From: Octopus vulgaris
Taxonomy: Eukaryota
Assembly: GCA_951406725.2 (NCBI GenBank)
Contig: OX597834.1
Location: forward strand, 45,446,001 to 45,510,000
Length of the DNA: 64,000 bases
Direction: 5' to 3'
Numbering within the stretch: position 1 is the stretch's first letter; each line of letters begins with the position of its first letter. The notes below the pieces were generated by a model. It worked only from the letters and a program-made list of their open reading frames with translations, ran no database searches and was not told where the DNA came from. The translations under genes were made by a program, and so were the position numbers. Positions 1-14,056 of the stretch are shown here, in pieces.

Positions 1-49
1 GTTGGTGCACTCAGATGTAGGTATAGGAATGAGCGGCGAGGTTACTAAT

Positions 50-172
50 CCCAAGCTGTATCGGCGTTCGCCTTTCCCTTGGACAACATCGGTGGCATGG
101 AATTGGGTGGCTGGTATGCAAGGACGACTGTTGGCTTTCCATAAACGACCTTGCTCGGACTTGCACTTTGGA
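50..172 (+). mobile_element. Fragment of an interspersed repeat, the reverse complement of 22270-22385
   Basis: ccaagctgtatcggcgttcgcctttcccttgga matches the reverse complement of tccaagggaaaggcaaaggggccgatacagcttgg at about 22350-22384. The strand shown is relative to that copy, not functional. Confidence 0.7.
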
Positions 173-203
173 AGCCCTAAAAAATCACTCCATAATTGCC
201 CAC

Positions 204-280
204 GGGCATATGCCGTCGTGGTAAAGAGCGCGGGCCACTAACCCCAAGATTCCGAGTTCGATTCCAAGTAGTGACCTGAG

Positions 281-330
<50 letters not shown>

Positions 331-523
331 GTAATAATAATAAGGACATCGGAAAATGCCTTGGGAATGAGAACCCAGGTTCGAAATTTCCCCAAGACAC
401 CTGAAGAAGGCTGGAGGATATATCAGCCGAAACATTAACAACAAACAAGATGAGGACAAATATCTATCAAATGTAAATAATGTAAATAATGTGCATTATT
501 CCTCATCTCTTAAATATAGAATT
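204..523 (+). mobile_element. SINE family D: tRNA-like head, (AAT)n, and a 3' region with a hammerhead-like motif
   Basis: Degenerate A box (tgccgtcgtgg) and B box (gagttcgattcc), then (AAT)n, then gacac-CTGAAGA-a-ggctg...cagcc-GAAAC. Homologous to 44041-44299 and 44304-44630. Confidence 0.85.
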
Positions 524-901
524 GTAAGAATTTCAGAGATAAATATTTTCTGGTGGCGTAACTGCCAAATAACATTCGGAAAATGTCGATAGCTTATTTC
601 GGAATAAGAAAAGGAATCTCCAGTGTGATTGTCTACATTTGTATACAATTGATTTATAGATATTTCTCTTCTCTATAGTAAAGAAAACTTGATTAGACGA
701 AATAAATAAGAATGATATTAATAATAAAACTATTATTATTATTACTAATGATAAACCTGAATAACTGAATCATATATGTGAATGTCAAGAGATTTTCCTA
801 GCATTATTTACCTCATTACGTCTCTAAATATCATCCATCGTATAAGCTGGAAATCATATTCAATATATTGAAATATATTCTTTGAATGGCATTACTTCAG
901 C

Positions 902-1170
<269 letters not shown>

Positions 1171-1390
1171 CAATTAAGAAGTAGAATTTTAATAAAAATA
1201 AACAGCGTCGTATTAAATAAAATATTTGTTAGATAACATCATTGGCCTTATATGACGTTCAGTGAGAGAAAAAAGTGAAGTTCTAAACAAGCCAGTTAAT
1301 TGCGATTCTTTGTTTACTTTCTTCGTAAACACCCGCCAAGGTTTCAATTTTCGTTCATGAAATTCTTTCTTATTTATGTACGAGATGAGT

Positions 1391-1414
1391 GTGGAGGCGC
1401 AATGGCCCAGTGGT
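1391..1414 (+). mobile_element. Isolated 5' head fragment of SINE family B
   Basis: gtggaggcgcaatggcccagtg is identical to the start of the copy at 29440. Confidence 0.6.
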
Positions 1415-1691
1415 ATCACAATGAACAAAACCATGTTACAGAGCAGGAAACTTATTAGCTAACCCTAACCCTACCTACATGTCCATGTCTGACATGGGAG
1501 AGAGCAATGATACTAAACTGTAATTATACAAAAACTGGAAACAAAAGCGGAATGGTCACGATTCGAACACTTTTTAAAAGATAATCATTGGAGAGACGAA
1601 AAAGGAAAAATACTATCAGACGATATTTGGCTTTATCACATTTACGAATTCATACTTTACGCTCCAGGTTGAAATTCAAATTATTTTATAA

Positions 1692-2051
1692 AGGAATTTG
1701 GCTATACGGTATGGAGTTTACTTCTCAACCACACGGTTCCAGGTTCAGTCCCACTGCATGGTACCTTGAGTGAGTATCTCTTACGATAGCTTCGGGGCGA
1801 CCAAAGCCCTGTGAGTGGATTTGCTAGATGGAAACCAAATAAAGCGCGTGTGTGTGTGAGAGAGAGCTTTTGTGTTTGTGTCTGCCCTTCTCCCATCACC
1901 GCTTGACAACTGATGTTGGTGTGTTTACGTCTCCGTACATTGGGTGTTCGACAAATCAACCCGATAGAATAAATACTAGACTTTAAAAAATATAATCCTA
2001 GGGTCGATTCATTAAACGAAAACTTCAAGGCGGTACCCCAGCATGGTCGCA
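1692..2051 (+). mobile_element. SINE family A (tRNA-derived, LINE-type 3' tail), diverged copy
   Basis: ggttcagtcccactgc B-box region, gaccaaagccctgtgagtggattt core, internal (TG)n, and tail ggcggtaccccagcatgg. Confidence 0.85.
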
Positions 2052-2958
2052 TTCTATGTTTTAGTTTTTAACATATTTTGTGTCATAATACATGTCTGCA
2101 TACGCGCCAGGTGATATCTCCAGGACCTTACAATGGTTCAAAGCAGCACTTGCATGCTGGAAGGGACATGCAGCCTCCCACCTTTTATGCACGTGAATTT
2201 ACGTGTGTATGTGTGTGAGTATTTGTGTGTTGTGTGGAGATTACATTCAAATCATTTCCGCCCGTGTCTCTCTCCACCAAAAAAAGTGTCAAATTGGGAT
2301 GAAGAAATCATTATAACGATGACATATTGACAAATAAACAGCCTCGTAAATGTTTCGCAAAACCGAAATAATAAAATTGTTTTTATTTATTATTATTTAT
2401 TTTTTATATGTTATTTATATGTTAATTTATTTTTAACAGCTTCATCGTAAATTATATTTGACATAATTAATTCAGTAACGTCTATTTCTTTCCTTTTTTA
2501 TTTTTTTTATTTTGATTCAGTTTCCTAATGTTTATTACTTACATGTTATAATTCATTCGTTATATTTTATCGTCTTTATTATTGTATTTTAAAATTATTT
2601 TTATGTATTCTATTAAAAAACGCCAGTAAAAAAAATATATACACACAATCGCTCATACAGGCACGTGAAGGCAACAACTGTTGTTAATAATAAGAGGCTT
2701 ATTAATGAAAGTAGTAATTCCAACATTTTGCACGAGGCTAGAAATTATTTTATCGTACACAGAACAAAGGGCGATATAATATATATGCCAACGTGGATTT
2801 ACATGTAGTGCAATAATAATGAGAATAATAAAGATGAGGATGAGGATGATGATGATTATGATGATGGTAAAGAAATTACTAGTCGATAGAAAATAATACT
2901 TGAAAAGAAAAATTACCACGCGCTCTCACATAAGTAGTACAACAACGACAAAATGAAT

Positions 2959-3131
<173 letters not shown>

Positions 3132-3431
3132 ATACGTAATTTACAAGTCAATGAAAACTAAAATGTAAAAAAAAAACTTAGGAGTAAGGCAATAACAACA
3201 ACATATAAAACAGAAAATAAAAGGCAGCATCTAATTCTGAAATTTCTAACAATGGTCAGCCTCATATATTATGAATAAAACTGTTTTTGTTTTAATTTTC
3301 AACTGTGCCATCCATTAGTGAAATGTGTTGTCACGGTTCTCAGAGAGTAGGCGACACTAAACTAATTGATTACAAGATCTCCAGTAAAAACAATAGATGC
3401 TATAGCAGCTATAAACGAAATATAGCTCTTG

Positions 3432-3454
3432 CTTGTTGTTGTCGTTGTTGTTGC

Positions 3455-3550
<96 letters not shown>

Positions 3551-3558
3551 CATTATCA

Positions 3559-3610
<52 letters not shown>

Positions 3611-3642
3611 CGTTATTATTGTTGTTGTTATTGTTGTTATCA
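3432..3642. repeat. (ATT)n/(GTT)n microsatellite
   Basis: Seen directly. Confidence 0.97.
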
Positions 3643-4156
3643 TTTACAATTATGCTTTAAAATAATTTAGTAGAGGACATGAACAAATAATTACTTTCAG
3701 TCATTTAAATAAAAAAATAATATAATAAAGTTACACATACATACAAACAAACATTACCCCTTAATGACTATAAATTTAACGAGGGGAAGGTTAACCATAA
3801 AACGGAAGATCCTATCTGGTCGCTCGACATTTGGCGTGTTCTAATTATCTATGACAACACATTGTTTGAAATATGACAAAAAACTCAAGTTGAAGCTGCC
3901 GATCGTAACACAACGCAACACACACATATAAACACGACACACAAAATGTAATATACAAAATAAAATATAAATTTTATCATTCTTAGATATTGATTGCACG
4001 TTTGAAGTTTAGCCACGATATAAGTAATAAGTTCAAACAGTTAGGGGACAAAATTCCTCTTATTATTTCTCGTCGGAATTCACCATTCAAAATACCAAAT
4101 ATCCGTCAATACTAGAAAAGGATACAATATGATGGATGGAAAAGGAAATTCGAAAT

Positions 4157-4223
4157 TACGAGTTCGTTTGGCTAGGGCCTTATCTAGAGTACGAGTTCGT
4201 TTGAGAGGCCTTATCTAGAGTAC
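4157..4223. repeat. Short tandem duplication (about 32 bp, two copies)
   Basis: tacgagttcgtttggctagggccttatctagag is followed by tacgagttcgtttgagaggccttatctagag. Confidence 0.85.
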
Positions 4224-4445
4224 AAATGGTCCTCTTTCTTACAAGCTGTATCACGATGATTACGTCAGGGAATTAATTTAAAATATGCACGATTTTTGCT
4301 AAAGGTAAAGCTTACGCTTATGAATCTTAAATTAATGAATTACTTGAAACCAATCTGCTTTAAACAAGCACGTGCATTTGTTCTTTTCTTTTCCTTCCTT
4401 TAATGCCAATCATTTCGAAAAGCGTTCCATCTCCTCTGACCATAA

Positions 4446-4522
<77 letters not shown>

Positions 4523-4524
<2 letters not shown>

Positions 4525-5183
4525 GGTCTTTATAAACGAAAAGTCTGATTTTCCCGATTTTGTTATGCACTAAGTTTGGTAGTCGTTAACTTTAACGTTT
4601 TACCCAGACAATTCTTTGTTTTACAGCATTAAATAGTTACATCATCTCATTTCAAAATGCAATTCATGGTGAGTGTCTGATTATATTGTGAACTTTCTCT
4701 CGTAAATCAATTTTTGTGAAACCATGGATAAATCTTCCTGTTTATGATTATGAGTTCCACCGTGGAAAGAATGCATCCCAGACAGCTCGAAACATCAATG
4801 TGGTGTTTGGTGGAAATGTGGTGAATGAGCGCACTGTACGTCGATGGTTTGTGAAGTTGTGGTCTGGTGACTTTATACTTGAAAATCAGACCTATGGTAG
4901 AGCTGAAACCAAGGTGGATAATGATGAGCTGGAATCTGTAGTGGAAACATATACGTCTCAAACAATGCGTGAGTTAGCAGCAAGGTTTGATGTTTCGATT
5001 CCAATTGTATTGGACCATCTAAAATAAATCGGCAAGGTAAAGAAGCTGAACAAGTTGGTACCACACAAACTGAAAACCATCAAATGACACGGCATCTCGA
5101 AACTTGCTGTCACAGCATACAAGCGAACCATTTTTCCATGACCACATGTTGCACAAAGAACAATTTAATCATTGCACTCTGCC

Positions 5184-5188
<5 letters not shown>
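4523..5188 (+). mobile_element. Mariner (Tc1/mariner) relic with the N-terminal transposase region, internally deleted
   Basis: ORF 4716-5027 reads YEFHRGKNASQTARNIN..ERTVRRWF..SGDF.LE..GR...DNDEL..TMRELAARFDVS..IVLDHLK, continuing IGKVKKLNKLVPHKL (WVPHEL-like). Flanked by (TA)n on both sides. Confidence 0.9.
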
Positions 5189-5259
<71 letters not shown>

Positions 5260-6381
5260 CATACATATATAATTACATGCATACATACATACGTAGACAG
5301 GTAGATAGATCAGGTCTCTACACAGTTTTCATCCGCCAAATTCATTCACGAGGCATGGGCGAACAGGATAATTCAATCAGTAAGTACCTCATATGACTGG
5401 ACAACTGAATTTCTATTGTCAAAATAAAGGGCATTCTTTTCTTTTTAGCAAAATACTATCACCAAATAACGGATGTACTGAAAACATTGCAGTTGTGACC
5501 TAAGAACACCAGGGCATTAATCTCGAACCTTCCACAAAAACCTGAGAAGTCCACATTGAGAGAAGAGCTAACCGAATCGCTGATCAAATTCCAGCCTCAG
5601 TTTAACAAGTATAATGTATCACTTCTCTGTCTTGCTTGTGTCTGTCTAACAGACTTTTTAATTCGAAGATGACTGGTATCCTACTCCCACGGCACATTCA
5701 TGGCTACCAGCACGTCCTTTTTCTTCTCGTGATTTCTTTCGTTAAAAGCACTTCGGTTCCGCATTAAAAGTTATCTCCAGTCAATCTACCCAACAATATT
5801 TTCCCTCTGCAATAAAAAAAAAGTTTTGCCAAATCGGAGATAATATGATGCTGGGTAAATAATCCATCACAACCAACAACGATTATGCGCTACAATAAGA
5901 TTTTCTTTCCTTTCATATAAAAGATAATGTCTGATATTTGATATTTCTCCTACTCGTCTCTATGAAACATCACAGGTTTTTAACTTTGTTAAATAACGAA
6001 AGTAAAAAAACTAAGAATGAATGAAATAATATTATCCTGAAATTCATAGCAAAAGTCTGGGAATGCTATTAGTAGAAGTTTTATTATATTTCCAATAGAT
6101 CCATCACACAGACTGCGCGGGGTGATTCGGGATGGGACAGCAGATATGATATCTTTCTATTCCTTTAGATTATGACTTACATAAAACTAAGTCTATTTTG
6201 AGCTCGTTTCATTGACAGTATCCAAAATATCGACCTTACATAAATAAATAGACACCGATATAATCATTCATCTACAGACACACGCGCACGATCACGCACG
6301 GACACACACACACACACAAATGATATATAATATCCGGAGACATTTTTTCTCTCTTAACGCGCATATACTCACAGAAACATA

Positions 6382-6472
<91 letters not shown>

Positions 6473-6675
6473 CGTAATATATACATACATTAATATATAT
6501 ACATACATATATTTATGTATGTATGAATATATATGTAATTATAAGTATATATATATATATATGTCCACATATAGAAAAATCACTTACGTCATGCATATCT
6601 AGAAACAAATCTTGCACATTCTCCATATATCCACGCGTATAATGTATACATGTGTATATATGTATATGTATATAT

Positions 6676-6730
<55 letters not shown>

Positions 6731-7681
6731 CAGGTAGTGAGGAGGGAAGAGAGAGATTTGGAGAATAAAGCTTTGTCACCAGATACCCATGCAATTTGCT
6801 TGTGCGCCAGTGAGATTAAGTGGATTTAGATTTCTCTCCTCCCCACTCTCTTCCCCTTCTCGCTCAAAATATACATGTATATACATACATATATATATTA
6901 GAAGGTTTGGAGGTAATGTACAGGTATTATATATTAGAAAACAATATGGTACTCAGAAATCTGTATGGTTGTACATTTACAGATTTTTATTAGTCTGTCA
7001 CATAGTTTTATTAGTCGTATATTAGCGCTTGCATCTACTCTAGTAGATTCTTAGATTTTAATTTTTTTGAGGAGATTCGCCTCTTTTTATAGTATTATTA
7101 TGTAGGGGTGGGGAGAGTAATAGAATAGTAAGAGAGGGTGAGAAATGGGGAGAAATTGAGAGAAAGAGTGTGTGTATGTTTTTGTGTGAGTGTATATATA
7201 CATGTATATATATTTCTTTACATATATATCGTTACATACTTATAGTTACATAGAGACATGTATTCGCAGACACACACGCACACACACACACAAACAAACA
7301 CACTCACTGACGCACGTTAAGCACAATCATTCTTTTGTATGTAAAAGTATTTCTCCTAAAAATAATATATGTACTTCCAATGTATGTCATGGAGTATATT
7401 ATTACTTGGAATCTGAAGCTCTGCGATTATTTATGTCCGCGTATATTTGTTCTGTGATGCATCACAATTCTGAATTTCGAAATTTAAAAAGATGCTGACA
7501 AATATAAATGAAGAATATAGAGAAATAAATTGTTGCCTTTTAGAGAAATTAAACTGAAGTTAAATAAATCAATGATAGAAAAATATTCCTGAAAGAAACA
7601 CAACAAATCGATTTTGTAATTTCACTAATTTTATTTTTAATTCATCTAACTTCATTCTCTCTCTATCTCTTCTACACAAAC

Positions 7682-7727
<46 letters not shown>

Positions 7728-7739
7728 GTATATATATCA

Positions 7740-7777
<38 letters not shown>

Positions 7778-7810
7778 ATATATACATATATACATATATC
7801 TGTGTGCAGA

Positions 7811-7845
<35 letters not shown>

Positions 7846-7877
7846 CATATATATTTATATATATTCATATACATATA

Positions 7878-8747
7878 AATTAGAAGAAAACTACATTTTA
7901 TCAATTTAATAATGAAAAATAAAATTACACCATCTTGAAAATTGCATATTATAGAAAGATTAAATATACGATAAAATATATAACGATGATTAAGTAATAT
8001 ACAAAATTATAAACAAAACATATATATAAAGACACGTGTTTCGTGCCTATATTTAAGAAATGATTATAGTGAAAATATTAGTAGTAGTAGTAAAAATCAC
8101 TTCAATGATTAACGGTAACTACAATACTATAATAATTAATTAATTAATATACTTAAATAATCTTTTAATATATCCTTTAATATATATATATATATATATA
8201 TATATGTTACAAAATATACATTAAGTGAAAAACAACACTTTACACTATATACGTTAAATCAAACTATTAATTCATATATGTATTTACTAAACATCCAATT
8301 AAAGTCTAATACCCATTAAGCAATTAATACTAAAACCTTAATGTTAATTAATATACACAATACTATTACAATCCATAAATACTGGAATCAAAAATAGGAA
8401 ATGTTTCAAATATACACACACCCATTATATAAACTAAATATATAAATAATATATATGTAGTATCTTTAAATTTAATATATCACTCAATAACGTAGTTGAC
8501 CAAAATATCAATTAATATAAAAACTAATTTACTTAAATATAATACTACCTGATAAATATACCTCCTAATTAGTAAATAGTGTATTGTCTAACAATACTAA
8601 TTCTAAAATTAAATTATATGTAATACGTTAAATCACTTTATAACAATAATAATAAATCACCGTAAATAAATAGATATCATAAATAATAACTATCATAACT
8701 ATCAATAAAAATATAAAAATATATAAAAATAATATTTCAACAACAAC

Positions 8748-8797
<50 letters not shown>

Positions 8798-9330
8798 TAT
8801 TAATCAAACCCAATACAATTCAAAAGCCAAATAATATATATAAACAAAAACCGTTACTTATCCTGTCGATGAAAATAATATAACTGAATTTTAAACGTAA
8901 AAAAATATATAGGTCTTACTGTTTATAAAAATTAAACGCGTGAAGACTTTGTGTAAACAAACAGAATAAATTATCAATGAAATGGTGCAAACTATTTACT
9001 ATTGAAAAATACGAAAAACATCTAAGCCTCGTGAATTAAAAAAAGGTAAGAAAAACAGTAGAATGATTTATTATTATTTTTAAGATCCACGGTTCGAGGT
9101 TTAGAAATATAGTAAGCTTCAAGCTAAATTTCAAGTGGTTTATTGAAACGAAATGCTGATTTTTATCGTCTCGATGTACGATCAACTGGAAAAAGTTATT
9201 TTCATAATTCACGGTAGGCGTCCAGGGTTGCTGGGTGTACGAATAAGAATACAAGAACTACGGAATACATTCGATAAGATTCGTGCTACATATGCTACAT
9301 AGCGAGCGGAACTTCAAAAGTGTTAAAAAT
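7878..9330 (-). mobile_element. Highly decayed AT-rich Penelope-like element remnant (tentative)
   Basis: The end motif aaattagaagaaaactac resembles those at 51544 and 60497. The minus strand at 8031-8047 reads GGCAC-GAAAC-ACGT-GTC, a hammerhead stem III palindrome. The rest of the core is degenerate. Confidence 0.4.
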
Positions 9331-10003
9331 CCAATGGTGGTGTATATCGTTGGCTATTGTTCAGGCCAAGGATATCTTGATTAAATTAAAGGTTACATTG
9401 TCGCAAGGAAGTACATGTTGACGCATGGACGATTCAATCAGAATGTGTGTGTGTATGTATGTGTATGTGTGGGTGTGCATGCGTGTGATCCTGTCTCAAA
9501 CCGCCACTAATTACACCCCCCTCCAGTCATCTGTAACCGACTGTAACGTGGCTGCACAGCGGTGCAGAAGATACCTTTTGTCTGCTTGCTTCAAATATGA
9601 CCATCTTATTTGTTTATAACAGTATTCAGTGACATTTCCTTAACGGCGTGAACATGGCTGTGTCCAAGAGACCACCGGGATGTGCTGTATGTACACGTAT
9701 ATATGTGCTTATGCCAACACGAGAATAAATATATTTCTTTATTTTCTTATTTAATCTATCGTCTATCAGTTTTATCTTTATCTTTTATGATTTTACTCCA
9801 TCATGTATTCACCGGGACTATTGCCAGACCTATTAATCAGTTATTACCCGGAAATTGTATCCATCTTCTGTCGTTATAGTTAACAACCTATTGGCAACAA
9901 CATACCAAGCAAAAGCGAGTATATTTAGCGAGGTATCTTCGTTAAAACAAGAAACCCAATGAGATCATCTGCACTGGAGGATGCAACATAAGCAGTTGTA
10001 TAG

Positions 10004-10055
10004 TATCCCCTAGCAAGGGACCTATACAAGATGGGTCGAAACGATCATTGTGATG
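10004..10055 (+). ncRNA. Degenerate hammerhead-like motif
   Basis: Stem II gacctat-acaag-atgggtc is followed by GAAAC-gatc-ATT. The CUGANGA box is decayed (ctagcaa). Confidence 0.35.
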
Positions 10056-10517
10056 AAAAAGTTTCTCGTGAACTCCATTTTACGTTTCTCTGTCTCATTA
10101 CACACTCAACGAACGCTGCGGAAATTTTGAGGAAGATTAAAACTGTGGATGACATCAGCTAGCTTAAACAGTGTAGGTGCTTTAATCGGCATCCTGAGAA
10201 TAGAATATATAAAGTACAAATAATCATATATATATTTGAGTGTATGTGTGTATGTTTGCGTTTGTATGTGTGTCGGCGGTTCTGTGTGTTTCTGCGTGTT
10301 TGCGCATGTGTGGCTGTGTGTGTGTACGTATCTGTGTGTGTGCGCGCACGTCTTTGTGTGTACATGAATTCTTATACAAATATACATACTCACGTTTACA
10401 CACATATACATTGTTGTGGACATTGTTTAGAGACTTTCATATAGGAAACCTCAAATTTTCGGCCATATAAATGAAGGCGTATACAAGTATACACAAACAC
10501 ACACACACATACATACA

Positions 10518-10584
<67 letters not shown>

Positions 10585-10936
10585 GCATATATATGCATAT
10601 ATATGCAGTCACCTACAAGCTTGTATGTTATTTGAAGTGATATACACAAAGTTTCTCGAACCTGCATAACGATGTGTACATAAGAAAAATATAAGTGTAT
10701 ATGCATTTACGTGTATTTACATAAAGGAATCAGTAGATTATAAATATTCTGCGAGATCAAGTTAAGAAAAAGATTATAAAATATGAATAAATTCAAGTAA
10801 ATTTATGTCATCAGAAAACTATTCTATGACACATGTAAATATGCAAAAGTGCAGAGACATATGTGCGCGCAAGTATGGTTCGGTTTCTGTATACAAACAC
10901 ACAAGCACAAAGTCACACATATACACACACACACTT

Positions 10937-10990
<54 letters not shown>

Positions 10991-11190
10991 GTAAATGTAT
11001 TTATAACAAGAAATAATGTAATGCATACGAAACGAAAATGGAATATAGACGGGAAAAATAAAAACGTATAAAAGATATAGGAGATATAATATTAATACAG
11101 CTTGTAGTAGAATATGATTATGGAAATTTTGTAAATAAAGTTTCTATGAGTACATAAGTGTATACATATATGTTTGTGGAACTATTTATA

Positions 11191-11610
11191 TACTCTTTTA
11201 CTCTTTTACTTGTTTCAGCCATCCGGCTGAGGCTATGCTGGGGCACCGCCCTTGTTGCTACCCTCTCTAAGTCCAGTTTGCCGTGGCTGGCCACTGATCT
11301 AAGAGAGAGTTTGTAGCTGCTGCCCTCAGGTTACCTTCGTACCTTGCAGTGGGTTCATCTGGGATCCCGGAAAGCAGCTTGTCTAGATGTTTTTTGAAAA
11401 TGTCCACATCCGCATCATGTAGATCTCTTAGTTTTCTTGGCAGTTTGTTGAACAGCTGAGGGCCCCTGAACCCCAGGCTATTACAGCATCTGCTCCTTAC
11501 CCTGGATGTGGAAGACGGGACCTTTGGCACCACACAGTGACGTCCTGTACGGGGATTGGAACAGCTCTCAATTCCGAAATTTGGTGCTCGTCCCTCCAGG
11601 AGTTTCCATG
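11191..11610 (-). mobile_element. 5'-truncated 3'-end copy of the CR1-group LINE at 51952-54640
   Basis: Translates [31 protein letters not shown]...NSLGFRGPQLFNKLP...[11 protein letters not shown], nearly identical to 54220-54560, with the same tail. Flanked by TA-rich repeats. Confidence 0.95.
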
Positions 11611-11649
11611 AGCCAATGTATATGCATACAAACAGGCATATCCATATCG

Positions 11650-11896
<247 letters not shown>

Positions 11897-13285
11897 ATAA
11901 TAATATGCTTATAAATGTTACAGACATGAAAATATAAAGATAAATGTTTATAAAGTAATACTGGTAATGATGACCGGGAATCTTGCTATCAATTTGAAAA
12001 TACGTGTAACCTACATCTGTGTGGAAGAAGCAAATCAGATTTATTTGAGTCTACATGCGTGTGATGTGTGTGGGAATATTTGTGTATGTATATATGTATG
12101 TGTCTGACTATCTGTCTCTCTCTCTTTCCCTTGCTACCCATCTCTCTCTCTCTCTCTCTCTCTGTCCCTCTCTCTGTCTCTCTCTCTATCTATCTATCTA
12201 TTAGCAAAATCTGTAAATCATGAAGCTTAGAAATGTGACCGAAAAATATGAAATGTATCATACCTGGTCTATAATTTCCAAAACATACCTTTCCCCACCT
12301 TTATTTCAAATTATGGAACATGCTTAAATTTAGGATGAAGTATGTCACTGCATGATGCAGAATTGACCTGTCATTAAAGCAAAAGACAATTTCATCACTC
12401 ACAGAATATCATCAATGTGATAACATGATGTGGGAGTCTTGAAATCTGCATCGCGAAAGTATGACTTTACATCCTCAGCAAGTCAGTTACGAAATATTAT
12501 TGGAACATATAGTTAGATATATATTATACGAGTGAACCTAGCATCTTTTAGAATATTTCCAATTATATAAATTGCCAGATTTAATGGCTAACCGTTGGCG
12601 AATCATCGGGGAAAGTGAAATCTTACGATTCAAAAAAATTATAGTACACTCGCGGCAAGTCAGTTATTTTTTAAATAGATAAACTGCAAAATTTGCGGGA
12701 ATAAATCTAATCAATTTTAATATCTCTAGATTATACAAATGGCCAGTTTACCTACGCAGCAACGATGAATAATTGGATAACGTGGATTATCCAATCAAAT
12801 AAGCCTTGTGTAATTCAGTTAAGATATATACAGGAAATATTGTATAAAACGACGAGGGCAGGAATGAATCTAGTTAAATTTTAAATATATTTCTAATATT
12901 TACATTGTGAAATATAACTGCAAATCAAAGCAATCGTCGGGAAAAAAGGTGGGTGGAACGAAGCAAAGTATGGCAACACAGTCTCATCAAATCATTTACG
13001 AGTTTGACCAAAACAAGTTTGTACTATACACATACAGTAGAACGTCCGGCAATAAATGTAGTTAATTCTAAAATATTCCATACATACAAATTCTCAAACT
13101 AAATTGCATAGGAACATCAAATCATCAAAGTCCAGAGTTCAATTTGAGAAAAACAAACGAGTTTAAATATTTTATTATAAATGTGAATAAATAACGACCG
13201 GTCTTTTAAGCTCGTTTATTATTATATTCTTTTATGACACGAATGGTTTCTCCTCAAGGAAACTTTATTCATATTAATAGTAAGG

Positions 13286-13358
<73 letters not shown>

Positions 13359-13376
13359 TAATAATAATAATAATAA
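13286..13376. repeat. (AAT)n microsatellite
   Basis: Seen directly. Confidence 0.95.
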
Positions 13377-13706
13377 TGTAACCCAATCTTTAATGTTAAA
13401 AACACGATAAAGGCAAATCGTTTGGAAAAATGGAGAAATATTGGAGTTTTTATACTAAAAATAATACAACGGTAAATTGAATTAAGCTGGATGACAGGAT
13501 GGAGTAAGTAGTGCAAGAACACACAAGAAACAAAGAGTGTCGCGGAAGAGGTCACAGATGTGTGACGAAAAATTTTCGGACAATAGCCAGGAGTTAAAAT
13601 TTAAAAATTAAGAACAGTAGTAAGCCAGTGAAGGAATCCTTGCTTACAATTTTTCCTTGCTTATCATTTCTCCACGTGCGGTCAACACAACCCTACCATT
13701 TATTGA

Positions 13707-13739
<33 letters not shown>

Positions 13740-13805
13740 ACAGAAATGGCAACACAGTAAAAGAATGGATGCGACCTCAATATTATGTAAGCAGAGGAAT
13801 TTATC

Positions 13806-14021
13806 TGTAAATATAATATGTGAAAATTATTCGGTAGCCATGATCACACTCCGATTTTCGGATGTCGGGGCGGAAACACACGCCGGCCTATCTTCAGTTA
13901 TCGGACTATTTTTTTCGATGGCTCAGTAACTGAAGTGATACAGGCTTGGGTTGCTGCCCTGACATCCGAAACACGATGTTTTATCATGGCTACCGAATAA
14001 TTGTCACATATTATATTTACA
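13806..14021. mobile_element. Inverted pair of hammerhead-like, Penelope-type terminal repeats
   Basis: Arms tgtaaatataatatgtgaaaattattcggtagccatgat and atcatggctaccgaataattgtcacatattatatttaca. Each arm also contains taaCTGAAG..catccGAAA. Confidence 0.7.
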
Positions 14022-14024
14022 TAT

Positions 14025-14056
<32 letters not shown>

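Noticed and set aside
1467-1480. taaccctaacccta, a telomere-like motif
   Set aside because: Only about two units, which is not enough to call an interstitial telomere.
5400-5760. Possible restriction-endonuclease-type retroelement remnant (minus-strand AMNVPWE)
   Set aside because: A single short motif among stops, too weak to call.
12330-12475. Weak inverted similarity (ggatgaagt..gatgcaga and tctgcatc..acatcc)
   Set aside because: Short and gapped, so it could be chance.
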